From a virus (taxonomy: Duplodnaviria > Caudoviricetes), in IMG/VR virus record IMGVR_UViG_3300028048_000040, positions 96,001 to 160,000 of that record: 64,000 bases of DNA, one strand, 5' to 3'. This document shows, piece after piece, positions 10,719-20,858 of this stretch; the first letter of the stretch is position 1; every line of letters starts with the position of its first letter. The position numbers and the translations under genes were made by a program. A model generated the notes under the pieces. It saw nothing but the letters and a program-made list of their open reading frames with translations, searched no databases and was not told where the DNA came from.

Positions 10719-10937
10719 ATGAAAAAAGAAAAAGACGCAATATCAAAATTAAATAGTATGATAAGAATGGACAAAATGACCAGACTAGTCAATGAACTAA
10801 AAATTGCAATGCAACCTTATATTATGTATGGTAAAGGTGGAGCATGGGATAGAGAATTGACTGGTAAAACTCTAGAAGATTCTGAAAGAGAAGATAAGAT
10901 AGATTTATATTACTATCGTAAATACGGAAAAAGATAA
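10719..10937 (+). CDS. Hypothetical protein
   Basis: 72 aa, abuts previous stop; terminator follows at 10941-10976. Confidence 0.65.
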   Translation: MKKEKDAISKLNSMIRMDKMTRLVNELKIAMQPYIMYGKGGAWDRELTGKTLEDSEREDKIDLYYYRKYGKR

Positions 10938-11024
10938 GTTTAAAGACTAGAGGGAAACCTTTAGTCTTTATTTTTTGTTTTAAATACTTTATAATAAGTA
11001 CTAGAAGGAGGTAGAAGAAATCTT

Positions 11025-13481
11025 ATGGCATTTAATAAAGAAAATAAAATAACATGGGAAGAACTAAGTCCTTCCCTACAAGAAGTGTTTAAAGGTTTAC
11101 AAACTCAAATCACTAAAGAAACCGAAGAACGTGTAAAAGCTGATAATGAGTTATATGACGCATTAGCTTTACTTGAAGATAAATTGGTTAATCTAGGTAA
11201 ACAAATTGACTTGGTTAGAGGTGCATCTTTCAAATCATGGTCAATTCGTTTGTGGGAAAATCACCATATCTTCACAGATCTGTCATTCTATGAAACTCAT
11301 GATGTTCAGCAGTCTGGTGTTACTAACAAGATCACAGATAAAAGATATAACTGTATCTTTGGTATTATGAGTGGTCAGATTAATATTAATGGTGAACATC
11401 CAGGTTGGATTAAACATCAACAGCCATTTACTGGTCCTGATGGTGTAAGAAGAGTATATCTTGGTTGTGGTATTGCTATATCTGGTGGTGCATCTGTATA
11501 CAGATCAGATAAACAGGGATTAGACTTTAATAGAGTTGCTATTCTTGGAGGAAAAGCAATATGGGACTTCTGTGATGCAAGTTCTATTGGTGCTGGTTTA
11601 TTGGCTATTACATATAGCCCATGTGCGGTATATCAATCATTCGATGGAGTCAACTGGACTAAAGTTTTAACTCCTGGTGGTAATGTTAAAACTCTGTGTT
11701 TATTTAATGGTAGAGTTTTATGTGTAATTCCTGGAACCACTTATTATAGCTCTAATGGTACTAACTGGAGTTCTGTTGGTGGTAATGGATTAGGTGGTGG
11801 CTATAGCTACTCAAGATATTATGCTGGTAAGAGGGTATATATTGGCCAAGCTAATAGTGATTATGGAGGAAGAATATCAGTATCTACTGATCCAGATGGT
11901 TTTCATTATGAAAAATTAAAATATCCAAATGGAACTGTATGGAGTACAGGTAATGCTTATGTGAGATGGATTTGTTCTTGGCAACCAGCAAATTATAATG
12001 GTAAAGAATTAATTTGTTGGGGCACTGGTAATACTGGAACAGGTAACAGTCGTGCTGAATTATGGTGTTGGGATGAAACAGATGGTTCTATTTCATTATT
12101 ATATGACTTTAATGGAAAAGATAATTATAACGTAACTAAACCATCTTTGAATCATGGCCATGCTCCTATTGAACCTATGATGGAGACTTCTGCTGGTTCT
12201 AATAAGTATGTTCTTACTGGATTTAGAGAAAGTCAAATTAGATACATAGAGCCATTTGTTAATGACTATACTGGAGAATCATTCCTACTTGTTGGTACTT
12301 CTGATTGTTATTTTTATAACCACCTTAAAGATAAAGATCTTTATTATCAGCTCCATAATTATACTACTCATGTATCTGAACCTCTTCTTAATGATTCCGG
12401 TGAAAAAGTTTCGTGGAAGAAACTTGATAAAGAAGCATGGCATATGACTGATACTAGTCATTTTGTACAAGGTGAACAAGTTCAATATGGAGATTTTATG
12501 GGTAATGTATATGCTGTATCTCCTAGAGATGAGACTAAACCATTTAGAAAAGATGATCTCTGTATAGCTCTTATTAAACATACTGAAGATACTCGTGTAT
12601 ACTCAATGTCTGTATTTACAGATCCTCAGAATGTTAAATGGGCTTATGTAGGAACTGGTGGAGGTAATTACTCTGGTAAAGGTCTACTTTATAGATTTGG
12701 TTATTCTGATATGCTTAATCTTATAGAAGCTGCTAAAATTGGTGCTATTTATCCTCCAAAATGGTCTAGACTTGGTACTGGTAAAGATGGTGTAAATACT
12801 AGACTTGTTCAGTTATCTACTCGTTCTTTTCTTAAAGTTATGGGTGGTGTATCTGCTAGAGATAACTATGTTGAATTTAAGTTTGCTTTTAATAAGAAAT
12901 TCTTAAAATCTTCTGGCACTAACAGAGAACCATATATCAAACTTATTTTCAATCACCATGATACAGCAAATAACTATTCTATTATATATTATCCTCTTAC
13001 TAATACAATCAATTGTATGAGAAAAGAGAATAATGTAGATTTCCCAGTTCCAACAGTTCAAGGGAAAAAGACATTCTATACAACTAAACCATTTGATCTT
13101 TGGGAAACTACTGATATGGAAGAAGGTTCAGAATCTCCAATCATGGGCCCATATTATATTCTAGCAGCAAAAGTAAATCCAGGATTGATGGATCCAAATG
13201 CTCAAATGAGTGAAGATATTTATCCAAATCAGGACCTTGATGGTAGTATAGATTTCTATTTCAGAAAATCTAATAACCGTCAAGAACATTGTACAGATGG
13301 TGATAGAATAGCTAGTTGGACAATTGACTATGCTGGAGGTGAAAGAAAGCATATAGGTAACTATGGTTTTGAAACATTCGATATTAATGGTCTAGTTTTC
13401 ATATCAATGCATCAGATGTCTCTTGCTAGATATGAAAAAGATGCAATGGAGGATGGAGAAATTGTCTTTACAGTCAGCTAA
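11025..13481 (+). CDS. Tail fibre / receptor-binding protein paralogue 2 (beta-propeller-like body)
   Basis: N-terminal 'NKITWEELSPSLQEVF' anchor; Asp-box-like 'SFDGVNW', 'SSNGTNW' repeats. Confidence 0.65.
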   Translation: MAFNKENKITWEELSPSLQEVFKGLQTQITKETEERVKADNELYDALALLEDKLVNLGKQIDLVRGASFKSWSIRLWENHHIFTDLSFYETHDVQQSGVTNKITDKRYNCIFGIMSGQININGEHPGWIKHQQPFTGPDGVRRVYLGCGIAISGGASVYRSDKQGLDFNRVAILGGKAIWDFCDASSIGAGLLAITYSPCAVYQSFDGVNWTKVLTPGGNVKTLCLFNGRVLCVIPGTTYYSSNGTNWSSVGGNGLGGGYSYSRYYAGKRVYIGQANSDYGGRISVSTDPDGFHYEKLKYPNGTVWSTGNAYVRWICSWQPANYNGKELICWGTGNTGTGNSRAELWCWDETDGSISLLYDFNGKDNYNVTKPSLNHGHAPIEPMMETSAGSNKYVLTGFRESQIRYIEPFVNDYTGESFLLVGTSDCYFYNHLKDKDLYYQLHNYTTHVSEPLLNDSGEKVSWKKLDKEAWHMTDTSHFVQGEQVQYGDFMGNVYAVSPRDETKPFRKDDLCIALIKHTEDTRVYSMSVFTDPQNVKWAYVGTGGGNYSGKGLLYRFGYSDMLNLIEAAKIGAIYPPKWSRLGTGKDGVNTRLVQLSTRSFLKVMGGVSARDNYVEFKFAFNKKFLKSSGTNREPYIKLIFNHHDTANNYSIIYYPLTNTINCMRKENNVDFPVPTVQGKKTFYTTKPFDLWETTDMEEGSESPIMGPYYILAAKVNPGLMDPNAQMSEDIYPNQDLDGSIDFYFRKSNNRQEHCTDGDRIASWTIDYAGGERKHIGNYGFETFDINGLVFISMHQMSLARYEKDAMEDGEIVFTVS

Positions 13482-14136
13482 TCTTAATGGTATTAAAGTC
13501 TTAATGACTACTACCAGAAATGAATTAAAAAAACTAAATATTCCTAATTCAAGATTGTTTACTAATGATAGGGGCTATGGTGCAATCTACTATTCTGAAG
13601 TAACTAAAAATACTTATATTGGATGCTGTACTGTAGAACCTCCTGATTTAATTATGGCCACTAAAGAAGAGATTCCTGATTTTATTAAAGATCATATCTT
13701 TAGTTGTGCTACAGAAGATGTATTGAGTATGCATGATGTTAGACTCAAACGTAGATTAAATCGATTAGATATTGAATGGGAAGTAGAAAAAGAGTTTGAT
13801 GAGTCTGAACAACTTAAAAACTTTATGAATGCTACTAAGAATAAACCACAGTTTGTTCTAAGAAGAATGTCTACTGCTGCTGATAAGTTTGCTGATAAAT
13901 ATGGTATTAATATTAAGACCACTCATTTTGATGCAGATGGAAAAATGGCAATAGATTATTATGATTTTAATAATAGATATGTAGTATCATATGATGTATT
14001 TGGAATTACTGATGACGGTAGACTTCAATTGTATTATGTAAGATGGTATGATAAACCATCACTTCAGTATGTAGAAGATCATTTCGAGAATGATCCTAAT
14101 ATTGTTAAAGTTGGTGCTATTGAATTTATTATCTGA
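13423..14136 (+). CDS. Hypothetical protein (true start probably slightly downstream)
   Basis: 237-aa ORF filling the gap before the iron operon. Confidence 0.65.
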   Translation: MLDMKKMQWRMEKLSLQSANLNGIKVLMTTTRNELKKLNIPNSRLFTNDRGYGAIYYSEVTKNTYIGCCTVEPPDLIMATKEEIPDFIKDHIFSCATEDVLSMHDVRLKRRLNRLDIEWEVEKEFDESEQLKNFMNATKNKPQFVLRRMSTAADKFADKYGINIKTTHFDADGKMAIDYYDFNNRYVVSYDVFGITDDGRLQLYYVRWYDKPSLQYVEDHFENDPNIVKVGAIEFII

Positions 14137-14152
14137 ATAGGGGGAAATTAAT

Positions 14153-15133
14153 ATGAAAAATAAAGGACTATATGCTATAGTCTTTGCTGTATTGGTTGCT
14201 ATATTTGGATATGCTGGTTATCAGGTATCCCAAGATCAACCTATACCAGTTATTCAGCAAACTGAACAGAAAACTATTCAAGTTAAGCATGAATCTGGTA
14301 TAACAGAAGTTAAAGTAAATCCACAGAGAATTGTAGTATTAGACTTTGGTATATTAGATACATTGGATACGCTTGGAGTAGAACCAGAAATGATTGCTAC
14401 TGCCAAACAGTATACTCCAAAATATCTATCTAAATATACGGGAGATAATGTTCAAGATGTAGGTCATCTTAAAGAACCTTCTCTTGAAAAACTAGCAGAA
14501 CTAAAACCAGATCTGATTATCATGTCTGGTAGACAGCGTCCATATTATGATAAACTTGCTGAGATAGCACCAACTATCAATTTATCTGTTGCAAATGAAG
14601 GATATCTTGATGCTCTTCATCAGCAGATGACTATTCTTGGTCAAATCTTCCAGAAAGAAGAGAAAGCAGAACAAGAATTTCAATCTCTTAAATCTGAAAT
14701 TCTGAAAACCAGAGAACAAGCTCAAGCATCTGGTAAGAAATCCCTTATGCTGATTACTGTTGGTAATAAGCTTAATGCTTATGGACCTGGTATGAGATTT
14801 GGTTTCTTATATGATGAATCTTCTCTTCATCTTCCTACTGTAATGGAAAAATCTGATTCTATCGGTGTTCAGTCTCCTGGTGGCAAAGTAATCTCTTATG
14901 AGTATATTAAAGAGAAAGACCCAGACTATATCATGATTATTGATCGTAATGCTGCTACTAATCAGGGTGGTGTAACAGCAAAAGATCTATTAGATGTAGA
15001 TATCATTAAATCTACTAAAGCATATAAGAATGATAAAATTATATATGTAACTCCAGATTTGTGGTATCTGGCCAATAATGGATATACTGGTACTTTGTTG
15101 ATGCTTAGAGAGATTCAGGATGCTATTAAGTAA
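14153..15133 (+). CDS. Fe-siderophore ABC transporter substrate-binding protein (FatB/YclQ/CeuE family)
   Basis: 'NPQRIVVLDFGILDTLDTLG', 'VGHLKEPSLEKLAELKPDLII.SGRQ', 'ISYEYIKEKDPD', 'DLWYL'; N-terminal TM anchor, no lipobox Cys. Confidence 0.92.
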   Translation: MKNKGLYAIVFAVLVAIFGYAGYQVSQDQPIPVIQQTEQKTIQVKHESGITEVKVNPQRIVVLDFGILDTLDTLGVEPEMIATAKQYTPKYLSKYTGDNVQDVGHLKEPSLEKLAELKPDLIIMSGRQRPYYDKLAEIAPTINLSVANEGYLDALHQQMTILGQIFQKEEKAEQEFQSLKSEILKTREQAQASGKKSLMLITVGNKLNAYGPGMRFGFLYDESSLHLPTVMEKSDSIGVQSPGGKVISYEYIKEKDPDYIMIIDRNAATNQGGVTAKDLLDVDIIKSTKAYKNDKIIYVTPDLWYLANNGYTGTLLMLREIQDAIK

Positions 15134-15148
15134 GGTAAAGGTGAGAAC

Positions 15149-16333
15149 ATGAATAAAAAATTAATTGCCTTGAGTGTAGGTCTAGCCTTTTCTATGAATT
15201 CTTCTATAGTATTAGCTTCTAATGAAGATAAGAAGATTGATGAAGCTGCTGCTAAGTTAACTGAAGAACCAGCTAAAGAAATGGCTCAAGAGGTAAAACC
15301 ACTTACTACAGAAGAAAGAATTGCTCAGTTAGAAAAAGAAATCCAAGAACTTAAAGAAGCTAATCTTAATAATAATAAAGAGATAAAGAAAACCAATGAT
15401 AAGATTAAGAAAGAAGACGAAAGACTTCATTTCTTTGCTACTGGTCAGGTTGCTTTATCTGGAGCTAAAGAAGAAGGAAAAGAATTCGAAGATACTGGTT
15501 CCGCATTGAAATTAAATTTTGGTGCTAGAGCTAAGCTTAATGACAATTGGACTTTCTCTTGGCTTACTAAGTCTTCTCAGGCTTTTAGAAATACTGGAGA
15601 TAGAGGTACTCAGAATACTACAAATATTTATCTAAGTGGTAAAGATCTTCTCACTAAAGGAGATAGTCTTACTTTTGGTAAATATAGAAATGATGAGCTG
15701 TCTTTGCAGCAAGTTGGTAAATCAGAACAGACTGGTCTTAAATATACCATTCCTTTTGGTAAAGAGAAAGATACTTCTCTTACATTAATAGCTGGTAGAC
15801 TTGGTACTGGTAAACCATCAACTTTCTTAAACCCAGTAATTGCCAATGCATCTGATAATGCTAATTATAGAGCTGCTATTATTCAGCATAACTTTGGTCA
15901 TACTAAAGTAGCTTTAGCTTATCGCAGAGCATCTGCTATGAATGCTGTCAATGGTTATGAATTATATACTCAATTCCCAATTTCTGGTAAATTGAGTGGT
16001 AGATATTCATACTATAAAACAGATGCTGATGATACTGGAACTACTGGTAATGCTGGTCAGTATGCTGCACTGTATTGGGGTGAATTTAAACGTGGTACAG
16101 CTCATAGTGCAGACTGGTATATCAAATTCTATCACTCTCCTAAATATTCTATGATTGATGGTGAAAATCCAAAATATGCAGATTATAATATCTGGAAGAT
16201 TGGTGGTACTTGGTCATTCACTAAGAATATTTGGTTAGAATATAATTACTCTATCTTTAATAGAATGGGTGGAGCTTCTAATAAGCTGACTAATAAACAG
16301 ACTGTGGGTGCTACACTTAAATTCTCTATTTAA
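15149..16333 (+). CDS. Outer-membrane beta-barrel porin-like protein (signal peptide + coiled coil + barrel)
   Basis: Signal peptide, 'EERIAQLEKEIQELK' stalk, alternating beta strands, C-terminal 'GATLKFSI' beta-signal-like end; architecture like Negativicutes OmpM without SLH. Confidence 0.65.
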   Translation: MNKKLIALSVGLAFSMNSSIVLASNEDKKIDEAAAKLTEEPAKEMAQEVKPLTTEERIAQLEKEIQELKEANLNNNKEIKKTNDKIKKEDERLHFFATGQVALSGAKEEGKEFEDTGSALKLNFGARAKLNDNWTFSWLTKSSQAFRNTGDRGTQNTTNIYLSGKDLLTKGDSLTFGKYRNDELSLQQVGKSEQTGLKYTIPFGKEKDTSLTLIAGRLGTGKPSTFLNPVIANASDNANYRAAIIQHNFGHTKVALAYRRASAMNAVNGYELYTQFPISGKLSGRYSYYKTDADDTGTTGNAGQYAALYWGEFKRGTAHSADWYIKFYHSPKYSMIDGENPKYADYNIWKIGGTWSFTKNIWLEYNYSIFNRMGGASNKLTNKQTVGATLKFSI

Positions 16334-16340
16334 TTATAGA

Positions 16341-16366
16341 CCCTCTACCTCTATAGAGGTAGAGGG
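16341..16366. repeat. Perfect palindrome inside the iron operon (terminator or mRNA stabiliser)
   Basis: CCCTCTACCTCTA/TAGAGGTAGAGGG. Confidence 0.7.
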
Positions 16367-16387
16367 GTTATTAAAGAAGGTGATTAT

Positions 16388-17311
16388 GTGAATAAAAAAA
16401 TGATGTCGTCACTTGTTTTATTAGCATCTTTATCTATTCTATCTATATTTATAGGAGTACATGATTTTACATATGAGATATTGATAGAAAGTAGAATACC
16501 TAGACTAATGGCTGTACTTCTTACTGGTGTAGGAATGGGCATAGCTGGTTTGATAATGATGCAAATATCTCAAAACAAATTTGCTTCTCCATCTACTACT
16601 GGTACAATAGAGTGTGCTGGTTTAGGAATAATATTATGTACTGCATTTCTACCAGAGACTAAGATATTTTATAAACTGTTTATCATCTTTGGTATGGCTA
16701 TGATAGGTACTAAGATATTTACAACTATTTTAGATAGAATAGTATTTAAAGATACTATGTTTATACCATTGATAGGTATCATGTATGGTCATATCATATC
16801 TGCAATAACTACAATGATAGCATATGATCAAAACCTACTCCAAGAACTTAGTATTTGGTTTGCTGGTGATTTCTCTGCTATTCTACATGGAAAATATGAA
16901 TTACTATATGCAATTATACCTGCAGTAATAGTTGCTTATATATATGCTAATGCTTTAACTATTATAGGATTTGGTCAAGATTTCTCTGAGAATCTTGGGT
17001 TATCTTATAATAAGATTAAAAATATAGGTTTGTTTATAGTTGCTTTCTTAGTAGCTTCTATAGTAACAGTAGTAGGACAAATACCATTCATAGGATTGAT
17101 CATACCAAATATCATCACTCTTATTAATGGAGACAATATAAAATCTAATCTACCATATATAGCAATCTATGGAGCTATATATGTATTGATTTGTGATATA
17201 CTAAGTAGAATACTGATATTCCCATATGAATTATCTGTATCTCTAATATCTGGTCTATTTGGTAGTATAATCTTTATGTATCTAATCTTAAGGGGGAAGA
17301 ACAATGCATGA
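16388..17311 (+). CDS. Fe-siderophore ABC permease (FatD/YclN, FecCD family)
   Basis: 'SRIPRLMAVLLTG..MGIAGLIMMQISQNKFASPSTTGT', 'IPFIGLIIPNI'. Confidence 0.93.
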   Translation: MNKKMMSSLVLLASLSILSIFIGVHDFTYEILIESRIPRLMAVLLTGVGMGIAGLIMMQISQNKFASPSTTGTIECAGLGIILCTAFLPETKIFYKLFIIFGMAMIGTKIFTTILDRIVFKDTMFIPLIGIMYGHIISAITTMIAYDQNLLQELSIWFAGDFSAILHGKYELLYAIIPAVIVAYIYANALTIIGFGQDFSENLGLSYNKIKNIGLFIVAFLVASIVTVVGQIPFIGLIIPNIITLINGDNIKSNLPYIAIYGAIYVLICDILSRILIFPYELSVSLISGLFGSIIFMYLILRGKNNA

Positions 17312-18266
17312 TTTTAAAACCATTTTCTATACCTCTATAGTTTTAGTTATTTCGACTTCTTTATTCTTCTTCTATGATCTTAAAGAGTCTATCTATGTAT
17401 ATTCTCTTAATATGAGATTAGGTCAAATGATTGGTATTCTATTAATAGGATATGCTATAGCTATTTCTTCAGTATTATTTCAATCTATTACTAATAATAA
17501 AATTCTTACTCCATCTATATTAGGATTCAATTCTCTATATCTGATGATTCAATCTCTAGTAATATGGTTATTTAGTGATACTAAGCCAAATTTCTGGTCT
17601 GTAAATGAATTCTTTGCATTTAGTGTAATATTAATGATAGGATTCAGCTTTATACTGTATAAACTACTATTCAAATCTTCAGTAAAGAATATATACTTTA
17701 TTCTATTAGCAGGAGTTGTATGTGGTACTGTATTTAGTTCTATATCTTCATTTATTAATAGACTTATAGAAACAGATAGATTTCAACTATTTCAGCTTAA
17801 AGCATATGCTAACTTTGACTTAATTCAATCTAATCTATTACCAATATCAATAGTACTAATTCTGTTATGCTCGTATATTGTGTATAGAAAGATACCTGAA
17901 TTAGATGTATATCTGATTGGTTCAGATAATGCTAAGATGTTAGGAATTGATATAGATAGACTACAGATTGTATCTCTTTGTGTTATATCTGTAATGGTAT
18001 CTATATCTACAGTATTAGTTGGTCCTATTACATTCTTAGGATTAATAGTGTCTAATATAGCATATACTCTTCTTAGAAGTTATTCTCTTAGATATATATT
18101 CCCACTATCTATTATATTATCATGGATTATTTTATCTATAGGATTGATTATTACTCAAAGAATAGCAACATTTGATCTTAATCTTACTATGTTGATAAAT
18201 GCATTTGGTGGAATATACTTTATCTATTTATTGATATGGGGGTCTTCTAATGATAAGAATAAGTAA
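17304..18266 (+). CDS. Fe-siderophore ABC permease (FatC/YclO, FecCD family)
   Basis: 'FQSITNNKILTPSILG', 'LVGPITFLGLIVSN', 'GGIYFIYL'. Confidence 0.93.
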   Translation: MHDFKTIFYTSIVLVISTSLFFFYDLKESIYVYSLNMRLGQMIGILLIGYAIAISSVLFQSITNNKILTPSILGFNSLYLMIQSLVIWLFSDTKPNFWSVNEFFAFSVILMIGFSFILYKLLFKSSVKNIYFILLAGVVCGTVFSSISSFINRLIETDRFQLFQLKAYANFDLIQSNLLPISIVLILLCSYIVYRKIPELDVYLIGSDNAKMLGIDIDRLQIVSLCVISVMVSISTVLVGPITFLGLIVSNIAYTLLRSYSLRYIFPLSIILSWIILSIGLIITQRIATFDLNLTMLINAFGGIYFIYLLIWGSSNDKNK

Positions 18267-19005
18267 TGTTACTAAAGCGTATAAGAATAATCTAGTATTG
18301 GACAGTGTATCTGTTTCTATTCCTAATTCTAAATTTGTATCTCTTATTGGTCCTAATGGATGTGGTAAGTCTACTCTTATAAATTGTATATGTAGTCTTA
18401 TAGACTATGATGGTCATATATTTATAGATGAAGTTCCTATTAAATCTATTCCTAAAAAAGAACTAGCAAAGAAAATATCTCTTCTTAAACAAAATTCATT
18501 TCATGATCTAAAGATCACTTCTAAAGAATTAATATCTTTTGGTAGATTTCCATATTCTAATGGTAATCTTACTAAAGAAGATGATAAGAAGATAGAAGAA
18601 GTTATACAGTTCTTAGAATTAGATTCATTACAATCTAAATATATCACTGAACTATCTGGCGGAGAAAGACAAAGAGTTTATATAGGAATGATGTTAGCTC
18701 AAGATACAGAATATATGATATTAGATGAGCCACTAAATAATCTAGATATGAAGAATTCTAAACACATTATGTCTCTATTAAAGAAATTTGTAGAAGAGAA
18801 GAAGAAAACAGTCATATTAGTAGTACATGACATAAACTTCGCTTCTATGTATTCAGATGAGATAATAGCAATTAAAGATCATGATATCTTTGCTAGTGGT
18901 AAAACTAAAGCTATAATCAATGAAGATGTGCTTACTTCTATTTATGATACACCTATTAGAGTAACTAATACAGATATAGGTATATTGTGTAACTTTTATA
19001 AATAA
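18250..19005 (+). CDS. Fe-siderophore ABC ATPase (FatE/YclP)
   Basis: 'GPNGCGKST', 'LSGGERQR', 'LDEPLNNLDMK', 'VVHDINFAS'. Confidence 0.95.
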   Translation: MIRISNVTKAYKNNLVLDSVSVSIPNSKFVSLIGPNGCGKSTLINCICSLIDYDGHIFIDEVPIKSIPKKELAKKISLLKQNSFHDLKITSKELISFGRFPYSNGNLTKEDDKKIEEVIQFLELDSLQSKYITELSGGERQRVYIGMMLAQDTEYMILDEPLNNLDMKNSKHIMSLLKKFVEEKKKTVILVVHDINFASMYSDEIIAIKDHDIFASGKTKAIINEDVLTSIYDTPIRVTNTDIGILCNFYK

Positions 19006-19009
19006 ATTA

Positions 19010-19049
19010 TTCCCTAGGAGTTTGCTCCTAGGGAATTCACATTTTGATA
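19010..19049 (+). promoter_or_regulatory. Terminator hairpin (19010-19035) followed by late-type motif ACA-N6-TA (19039-19049)
   Basis: TTCCCTAGGAG-TTTG-CTCCTAGGGAA; ACA-TTTTGA-TA. Confidence 0.6.
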
Positions 19050-19061
19050 ATAGAAATATGA

Positions 19062-19961
19062 ATGGGGGATGGATATATGTCAACATATACAGCTGACGAT
19101 AGAATATATTGGGAATTAATATCTCCTTCAGTCCAAGAACTCTTTAAGACTATTCAGTCTGAGTTTAATTTCTTTAATAGAAGATTACTAGATGAAATAG
19201 CTAGAGCTAAAGCTGCAGAAGATATATTGAAAGATAATCTAGATAAAAAGATAAAAGAACTCTTTGGTTTAGATGGTGGAGAAAAAGGACAAGTCTTAAG
19301 AACAAATAGATCTGGTCTTAGTCTATATTGCGATGACCATTGTTTCTTAGTACAGAAAAACTTAGATATTGATCCAGATTTCTTTTACAACTATGATTTT
19401 ACTACTGGTAAAGCATTAGATTCAAATAACAATCTTATAGATTTGCCATGGAGATCATTTTATTATAATCCTAAATCACAAAAGTTTTGGTGGTATAAAT
19501 TTCCTAATGATTTTACTGAAATCAAAGTTACTTTCTCTAGTGCAGATGAGGTCGATGATTCTCAAGGTGCTACTGGTGTTATGGAACTATTAGATATGGG
19601 AACAGATTTCTATGATGGTAAATTAAGATACTATAAAATATATACTAATGGATGGTGTGAACAAGGTGGCTCTTATGCTCATGTAACTAAAAATGCAGAA
19701 GATCCAACTCAGTTCGTCAATGCCAATTCTAGATATGTTCCATTAAAGAAACCATATCAAGATGCAAAATATATTATAACTTTATCACAAGAATTTTGTG
19801 AACTACCTAATGGTTATAGTCATAATAACAAAGCTGTTAGTATATTAGATCTCTATCCAGATAAGATATTAGCTGTAGCTGATGCTAGTAACTATATGCC
19901 TTATAGTAGTTATAGAACTGAAGGTTTTGTTGACTTAGTTGCATTAGGTTACAAGAGTTAA
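19062..19961 (+). CDS. Tail fibre paralogue 3 with gp53-like C-terminal module (start may be 19077)
   Basis: 'RIYWELISPSVQELF' anchor; 'YKIYTNGWCEQGG...LKKPY' module. Confidence 0.7.
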   Translation: MGDGYMSTYTADDRIYWELISPSVQELFKTIQSEFNFFNRRLLDEIARAKAAEDILKDNLDKKIKELFGLDGGEKGQVLRTNRSGLSLYCDDHCFLVQKNLDIDPDFFYNYDFTTGKALDSNNNLIDLPWRSFYYNPKSQKFWWYKFPNDFTEIKVTFSSADEVDDSQGATGVMELLDMGTDFYDGKLRYYKIYTNGWCEQGGSYAHVTKNAEDPTQFVNANSRYVPLKKPYQDAKYIITLSQEFCELPNGYSHNNKAVSILDLYPDKILAVADASNYMPYSSYRTEGFVDLVALGYKS

Positions 19962-19976
19962 TAGGAGAAGGTAATT

Positions 19977-20852
19977 ATGTTTGAGAGAGAAGATAAAATA
20001 ACATGGTATGAGCTAGATCCTAATGTGCAAAGCTTATTCTTAGGATTAGAAACTCAAAGAGATAATGCTAGACAAGCTCTTAATGATGAAATTGCCAGAG
20101 AAACTAAAGCAACAGATGATATTATAGCATCTATAGATACTATGAAATCTGATCAATTTGGTTTGGCTGGTATAAGAGGTCAAGTTGTAAAGTATGGTGG
20201 TAGTGGTCAACCATTATATGCAGATGATCATTTCTTTAAAATAGAAAAAGACATGGGAGTAGATCCTGCTATATTTTATGAATATGATATGGATACTGGT
20301 TTTTATACTACTATAAATGGAGTACAAAAAGAATTACCTCCTAGATCTTTCTTATATGAAGATTCTAGTGAAAGATTATGGTATTATGTAAAACCAGGTA
20401 AGTATTTTAAAATAAAAGAAAGATATAGTAAAGTTACAGATTCATCTACTGTATTCACTAATGCTAATCTTTATGATAGCGGTTTTGATACTTATGATCA
20501 ACACGTAAGATATTTTAAAATATATGATAATGGTTGGTGTGAACAGGTTGGTGGTTATTCTCATTATCAACATGATCTTAGTAAACCAGATGATTGGATA
20601 TATTACTACAGCAGATATGTAACTTTTGCTGTTCCATATAAAGATACAAATTATGTAGTCACTCTTGGCGGTGAAATATGGCCAAAAACTCCAGATCTAT
20701 GTTCTCATGGTTATGGTACATTTAAAAAATTCCCAGAAAAAATGCAAGTATCAATTTGTGGAAATAAGGTAAATACACACTGGAGATTTTCCACATATCA
20801 TGTTGCTGGATTTATTGACTTAGATGCTTATAAGCAAAGTAAAAAACCATAA
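19977..20852 (+). CDS. Tail fibre paralogue 4 with gp53-like module
   Basis: 'KITWYELDPNVQSLF'; 'YFKIYDNGWCEQVG...FAVPYKDTNY'. Confidence 0.7.
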   Translation: MFEREDKITWYELDPNVQSLFLGLETQRDNARQALNDEIARETKATDDIIASIDTMKSDQFGLAGIRGQVVKYGGSGQPLYADDHFFKIEKDMGVDPAIFYEYDMDTGFYTTINGVQKELPPRSFLYEDSSERLWYYVKPGKYFKIKERYSKVTDSSTVFTNANLYDSGFDTYDQHVRYFKIYDNGWCEQVGGYSHYQHDLSKPDDWIYYYSRYVTFAVPYKDTNYVVTLGGEIWPKTPDLCSHGYGTFKKFPEKMQVSICGNKVNTHWRFSTYHVAGFIDLDAYKQSKKP

Positions 20853-20858
20853 GGTGGG

